Origin: Spirochaetia bacterium
GTDB taxonomy: Bacteria; Spirochaetota; Spirochaetia; UBA9216
DNA: 64,000 bases
Assembly (NCBI GenBank): GCA_965140585.1
Contig: OZ223272.1
Location: 256,001-320,000, forward strand
Direction: 5' to 3'
Position 1 is the first letter of the stretch. Each line of letters starts with the position of its first letter. Below are positions 60,301 through 64,000 of this stretch, piece after piece. Below the pieces are notes generated by a model. It did no database searches. It was not told the origin of the DNA and was given only the letters and a program-made list of their open reading frames with translations. Position numbers and translations under genes: made by a program.

Positions 60301-60439
60301 TGCCCTGCTCTTTCATCAGATCAATCTGACCGGTAAGCCTTTCGGGCCGGAGTGAATCGTTCCAGGCCCAGAAGGGTGCTGAACGGTACTTCGGTGAAGC
60401 CTCGTTCAGCCTTTTGTTTATCTCATCGAGTGTATCCAT
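57365..60439 (-). CDS. Cytoplasmic glycoside hydrolase, GH106 (alpha-L-rhamnosidase)-like
   Basis: PFWAWN..GIGGFFIHSREGL..WIYDED.WPSG; FFTDEP; PGID; SEMYG; RKRDYPP; no signal peptide. Confidence 0.8.
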   Translation of the reverse strand: MDTLDEINKRLNEASPKYRSAPFWAWNDSLRPERLTGQIDLMKEQGIGGFFIHSREGLETEYLSDEWMDCTDAALNHAEKSGMEVWIYDEDTWPSGSVGGAVSAANPQHFSAKALTLEISTNKTPSNDADILAVFPAEPYAGPGEEKRFLVFRRELSGPSEWYNGSAPSDNMNPEAVRLFLNKTHKAYADRFGEKLGTAIKGFFTDEPNVCDFFANFTQGRPWLPWTDSFSQYFKESRGYEILGILPFLFFKGEGSGKARYDYWLTLTEIFVSSYTRQLYDWCEGHDVKLTGHMLYENDLGYGVRCNGAVMPHYRYMHAPGIDLLGDQRSEYLTVKQCTSVANQFRREMVLSEMYGCTGWEFSFAGQKRLGDWQYVMGVNKRCQHLTLYSISGCRKRDYPPAFNYQSTFWEYSHFMEDYFARLGVCTTSGEVHRDILMIHPVGTFWMKSGSSADEDLSKVYMNMGWLDGHLMNLNREGDYYNQLTHQLLARQFDFDFGDELIMKDSAAVSGDKLQVGYHRYSYVIVPPLQTLMASTIELLSGFLESGGHIFWMTPYPEYVDAEKSGKIAELTGHFRVHPAGRLGELVSLMSSMVQRPVRICDGFGTDCDRLLSMTRTLETGRAVTIVNTAAEKLDGLILKFADRGRLTRLDLLSGDQSIVPVELDNQGGMNCRLSFEAEETVVFFIDETAEPEVSQALSLYYRHPHDSVELVYGFPAVSPVRLTSENDLTLDICSFRIADEAWSDELPVWQAQKIIRERFGMQAVHYNGAPQRYLWIDDKKEYPLSLRFSFTADCIPEREVFAAVEKSAGMKISCNSRACEQTEQWFIDEDFIKHRIPALVAGENVLEIDLMYCSSTELEDIYITGSFGVSPSRRIIEMPSVLERGDWSLQGLKHYPGSCIYQYEIPAAALPEIKASEGRRLMLHLGEFRGALAVIRIGGNQPVFALRETDIDVSGKIAPTAGLVSVEIEIVGNLRNLLGPLHRSADVCSRISWEDFHPSGAAFTPEYVTEAAGLMGEVCLYIE

Positions 60440-60448
60440 CTGCTGTTA

Positions 60449-61732
60449 TCAGGACATGAACCTGTTCGGAATTGCCATAACAATATCCGGAATGTAGGTA
60501 ATTGCCAGAAGAACCGCAATCATAACCAGAATCATCGGAATAATTTCACGTATAACGCCGCTTATCTTTGTTTTTCCCAGTCCGGCAACAATGAAGAGCA
60601 GCATTCCGAATGGAGGTGTTGAAAGACCTATCATCATATTGAAACAGATTATTACACCGAAATGTACAAGGTCGATTCCGAATGCATTAACAAGCGGAAG
60701 AACCATCGGAACAAATACAAGCTGTATGGTGCTCACATCAAGGACACAGCCCAAAAGCAGAAAGATAACATTAACAACCATGAGGAAGACGTATTTGTTT
60801 TCGGTAATTCCCATTACAACGCCTGCAATAGCACGGGGAACCTGTTCAAGAGCGATGATATATGAGAAAAGCATTGAAGTACCTGCAAGAAGTGCAAGGG
60901 TTGCTGTATTGGCAGCGCTTTTCTTGATGATTCTCCAGAACTTTTCAGGTCCGAGGTTCCGGTAGATAATGATTGAAATAATTATCGCATAACTCGAGGC
61001 AAGAGCTCCGGCTTCGGTCGGGGTTACGATACCGAGGTAGATTCCGCCGAGAAGGAGGACTACTGTAAAAAGTGCGGGAATTGCACTGATTGAAACCCTG
61101 ATAAACTGACGTATCGCCATCATCTCACCGCGCGGATATTTACGTTTTGCAGAAACAATAGCTACATAGCCTGCAAGCATCAGAGAAAGGATGATTCCGG
61201 GAATCATACCGCCCATGAAAAGCTTGCCGATTGAAGCGCCTGAAAGCATTGCATAGATAACCATCGGGATACTCGGCGGAAATATAGGGCCGACTGTAGC
61301 GGATGCCGCTGTAAGTGCACAGCTGAAAGAAGAGTCATAGCCCTCTTTTTTCATCTGTTCAATTTCCATCAGTCCGATTCCGGAAGCATCTGCAATAGCT
61401 GAACCTGTCATCCCTGAAAAAATCAGTGATGCAGCTACATTAACCTGGGCTGTTCCGCCCCGCAGACGACCGAAAAGACCGTTACAGAATTTGAACAGCT
61501 TGTCGGTAATTTCGCCCTCGTTCATGACGTTAGCCATAAATATAAACAGGGGCGCCGCAAGCATTGTATAGTTTGAGAACATGTTTCCCGACATAACCGT
61601 AAAAACCTGCTCGAGACTTCTTCCGCTCAGAAGGAAGTAACTGATCGACGCTGCAAGCATCGCCATTGAAACGGGCATTCTGATGATGAAACAGAGAGCC
61701 AGAATCAGAAAAAGAATAAGTACTACGTTCAT
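60449..61732 (-). CDS. dctM: TRAP transporter large permease
   Basis: LAAPLFI, FSGMTGSAIADA, GPIFPPSIP, TPTEAG, TPPFG. Confidence 0.95.
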   Translation of the reverse strand: MNVVLILFLILALCFIIRMPVSMAMLAASISYFLLSGRSLEQVFTVMSGNMFSNYTMLAAPLFIFMANVMNEGEITDKLFKFCNGLFGRLRGGTAQVNVAASLIFSGMTGSAIADASGIGLMEIEQMKKEGYDSSFSCALTAASATVGPIFPPSIPMVIYAMLSGASIGKLFMGGMIPGIILSLMLAGYVAIVSAKRKYPRGEMMAIRQFIRVSISAIPALFTVVLLLGGIYLGIVTPTEAGALASSYAIIISIIIYRNLGPEKFWRIIKKSAANTATLALLAGTSMLFSYIIALEQVPRAIAGVVMGITENKYVFLMVVNVIFLLLGCVLDVSTIQLVFVPMVLPLVNAFGIDLVHFGVIICFNMMIGLSTPPFGMLLFIVAGLGKTKISGVIREIIPMILVMIAVLLAITYIPDIVMAIPNRFMS

Positions 61733-62238
61733 TTCTGTTCACCTTCCTTCCTGATGATTTCCGTCTGAAATTTTTTCACATGCTTCCAGCAGTCAAGCAG
61801 ACTCCTTACAAGCATTTCGGCAAACATATAGATAAGCGGAGAGAATACAATTGTATACGGCAGCTTAAGAACGCCGGTTACCATCTTCTTTGCCAATAGA
61901 GAGTGGATTGACGGAATGAATACAGTAATCAGCAATATGCCGAGAGTCAGACTGCTGATAATATCAAAAACAATCTTTACTCCGGGTCTTACATGATCAT
62001 AAACCAGACCGAACACAACGTGCTCATCATTCTGCATTGCCTTGCCGACTCCGAAGAACATCGTCCACATATAAGCCAGAATACTTATTTCATACGCCCA
62101 GGGAACGGGAGCCTTTAAAACATATCTTGAGACAATTGTTACCATGAAGGTGACAAAAATCAAAAGAAACGTCAGGTTTGGAAGAACAGTCCCAAGTAAG
62201 TACATAACTGCTTTTCCGATCTTCTTTATCAGATCCAT
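61729..62238 (-). CDS. dctQ: TRAP transporter small permease
   Basis: 4 TM; SRYV..WAYE, EHV; operon position. Confidence 0.9.
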   Translation of the reverse strand: MDLIKKIGKAVMYLLGTVLPNLTFLLIFVTFMVTIVSRYVLKAPVPWAYEISILAYMWTMFFGVGKAMQNDEHVVFGLVYDHVRPGVKIVFDIISSLTLGILLITVFIPSIHSLLAKKMVTGVLKLPYTIVFSPLIYMFAEMLVRSLLDCWKHVKKFQTEIIRKEGEQK

Positions 62239-62344
62239 TTCCTACATCCTACCTATAAATTTGCCTTAGAAAAATTAAGGAGGACCTCCGCAGGGAAGGT
62301 CTCTCCTTTAAAGAATAATTTGTTAAAATTTGATTCGCCAGTTT

Positions 62345-63355
62345 TTATTCTGCCATGGCCTGCACTTTTTCATACAGATCCATATCCCATGTTGAAGTCA
62401 TAGCTTCATTTGCTGCGTATGCAGCCTGTACATTTGCTCTGAACTCTGCAATATCAGGGTGAGTTACAGTCATGCCTTCGCCCTCGAAGAACTCAACAAG
62501 GCTGTTTTCACGTGAAATTCTTTCCTGATCGTTGAAAGCAATTGCGTAAGTCATAGCTTCCATTACTGCATCCTGCTGTTCAGTAGTCATCATGTTCCAT
62601 TTGTCCAGGTTAACACAGGGCATAATAGAATCGATTACATGGTTTGTAATAGCAAGATATTTTGTTACCTCATAGAACTTTGCGCTTTCCACTGTAGGGA
62701 GGGGGTTATCCTGTCCGCCTACGGCACCGGTTTGAAGAGCTGTGTAGAGTTCGCTGAAAGACAGAGGCGTCGGGTTAGCACCGAGAGCCTTTCCGAGGAA
62801 GAGCCATGATTCCGAACCGGGCATTCTGAGGAGTACGCCGTTCATATCAGCATAGCTGTTGATTTTCTTGTCTTTTGTATTTACTACACGTGAACCGAGG
62901 TACATGCTTCCAAGCGGCTGAAGGCCGAGTTCCTGTACAGCTGGCCATATGTTTTCTTTTGCCAAATCGCCGTTAAGCACCTTAGTCATATGATCGTAAG
63001 AGCTGAAGAAGTAGCCTGAACCGAACATGCTGAATGAAGGAATCTGTGTAGCAAAAGTCGGGAATGAGATATATGCCATGTCAGCCTGACCGCTGATAAG
63101 TGCATCGTATTCATTTTCCTGTGTGAAAAGTGTAGCGCTGTCATAAACCTTAACTTCAACAGAACCGCCGGTAAGTTCTTTTACCTTGTCTGCGAAAACG
63201 TACATTGCTTCAGTGTGTGAATCACCGGGTATTGAAACTGAAGTGAAAATGAGTTCTACGGGTTTAGCAGCGTCTTTTTCCTGTGATCCGCCTGCAAACA
63301 GCAGCATTCCTGCTCCAAGCATCAGAACAAGCATTACCAATCCAATCTTTTTCAT
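62345..63355 (-). CDS. dctP: TRAP transporter solute-binding protein (SiaP/DctP type)
   Basis: Signal peptide; LRMP, LGANPTPLSFSELYTALQTG..GQDNPL, KFYEV. Confidence 0.95.
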   Translation of the reverse strand: MKKIGLVMLVLMLGAGMLLFAGGSQEKDAAKPVELIFTSVSIPGDSHTEAMYVFADKVKELTGGSVEVKVYDSATLFTQENEYDALISGQADMAYISFPTFATQIPSFSMFGSGYFFSSYDHMTKVLNGDLAKENIWPAVQELGLQPLGSMYLGSRVVNTKDKKINSYADMNGVLLRMPGSESWLFLGKALGANPTPLSFSELYTALQTGAVGGQDNPLPTVESAKFYEVTKYLAITNHVIDSIMPCVNLDKWNMMTTEQQDAVMEAMTYAIAFNDQERISRENSLVEFFEGEGMTVTHPDIAEFRANVQAAYAANEAMTSTWDMDLYEKVQAMAE

Positions 63356-63398
63356 AAATTGCTCCTTTAGTTGAATCTATTATCTCCCCTGTCTGGGG

Positions 63399-64000
63399 TT
63401 AATTCCAAATTCCAATCTGAGATCTCATCAGGTTGATCGATCTTCTCATCTGTTCTATCTCCATCTGGCGGTTAGGAGTGAACTGTGTAAAATCCTGAAC
63501 CCTGCTGAACAGATTAATATTTAATCCGTCAAGTTCCATATGGTACTTGGCGTTAACCGGATACATCTGACATTCAATAGTGCTTGCAAAGCCTAGCAGG
63601 TCCTGAAGAACTTCCGCTTTTTTAGGCTCCTTCTCGAAATTGGCGCAGAGCCAGCTGTAAAGATCAGCATGAAAATTAGCCATGATACCGCTGTATCCGG
63701 CAGCTCCCATTTTCAGGCTCTCAAGCAGTGTTGCTGCATTTGCGTTAAATATTTTTAGAGGTGTTCCGTCAACTGCGTTGAGTTTTGCCTTCAGTTCGGG
63801 CAGGCTGCAGCAGGTGTCTTTAAGAAAACTGAATTTCCCGGTCTGAGCACACCATGAAAGCAGTTCCGGCGACATAAGTCTTTTATAAGGCTGCGGACAT
63901 TCATAAATTCCAAAGCTGTCAGCCTTAACTCCGTTAATAAGCGCCTCTATGTTCTTTTTGGCAACGTCATCGCCCTCATCAGCAGCTGCAAACTGGTTAG
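63399..64000 (-). CDS. Dihydrodipicolinate synthase-family aldolase/lyase, 5'-truncated
   Basis: GIYECPQPYKR, FLKDTCC (Schiff-base Lys), GAAGYSGIMANF, YPVNAKY. Confidence 0.85.
   Translation of the reverse strand, partial: NQFAAADEGDDVAKKNIEALINGVKADSFGIYECPQPYKRLMSPELLSWCAQTGKFSFLKDTCCSLPELKAKLNAVDGTPLKIFNANAATLLESLKMGAAGYSGIMANFHADLYSWLCANFEKEPKKAEVLQDLLGFASTIECQMYPVNAKYHMELDGLNINLFSRVQDFTQFTPNRQMEIEQMRRSINLMRSQIGIWN

Noticed and set aside
295-63374. Many short ORFs in the track that overlap longer genes (e.g. 1952-2413, 37710-38279, 43393-43917, 52819-53388)
   Set aside because: Antisense or alternate-frame shadows of well-supported genes, with no recognisable motifs
1-64000. CRISPR arrays, tRNA/rRNA, IS elements, integrases, prophage genes
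   Set aside because: No regularly spaced repeats, RNA-gene signatures or mobile-element ORFs were seen by eye; a short riboswitch could still be missed without a covariance scan

Overview
Bacterial chromosomal window, probably from an anaerobic free-living spirochaete (inferred from secreted proteins with FAGGSQE/FAEGQQE/FASAQQE-type signal ends and an LPP20 lipoprotein). No rRNA, tRNA, CRISPR array or transposase was seen. 1-20 kb is an accessory region: an intact flavonoid/phloroglucinol fermentation cluster (phloretin-hydrolase-like PhlG/Phy, SDR reductase, cyclase-family ring hydrolase, 3-hydroxyacyl dehydrogenase, BKACE lyase, cupin, permease, AraC-GH39 regulator, plus an unexplained SdhA/AprA-like flavoprotein and ferredoxin), flanked on both sides by disrupted genes. 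20-45 kb holds mixed genes: a uORF-controlled double attenuator ahead of a small unknown protein, an aminotransferase/symporter/saccharopine-dehydrogenase operon with a MalT/BTAD regulator, DUF4954-manC-fucU, an FMN-binding protein, msrAB, and a degenerate NikR next to a metal ABC transporter. 45.6-56 kb is an uncharacterised glycyl radical enzyme cluster (GRE, CapA-like hydrolase, MmgE/PrpD protein, TctCAB, PucR) tied together by shared operator pairs and lacking an activase. 55.9-57.3 kb is a two-gene module (prenyltransferase-motif protein ending in a ComX-like Trp tail plus a membrane-anchored LuxR) that may be a novel signalling system. The window ends in a TRAP/GH106-like/aldolase sugar-acid operon. 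All family calls come from motif recognition by eye; no searches were run.
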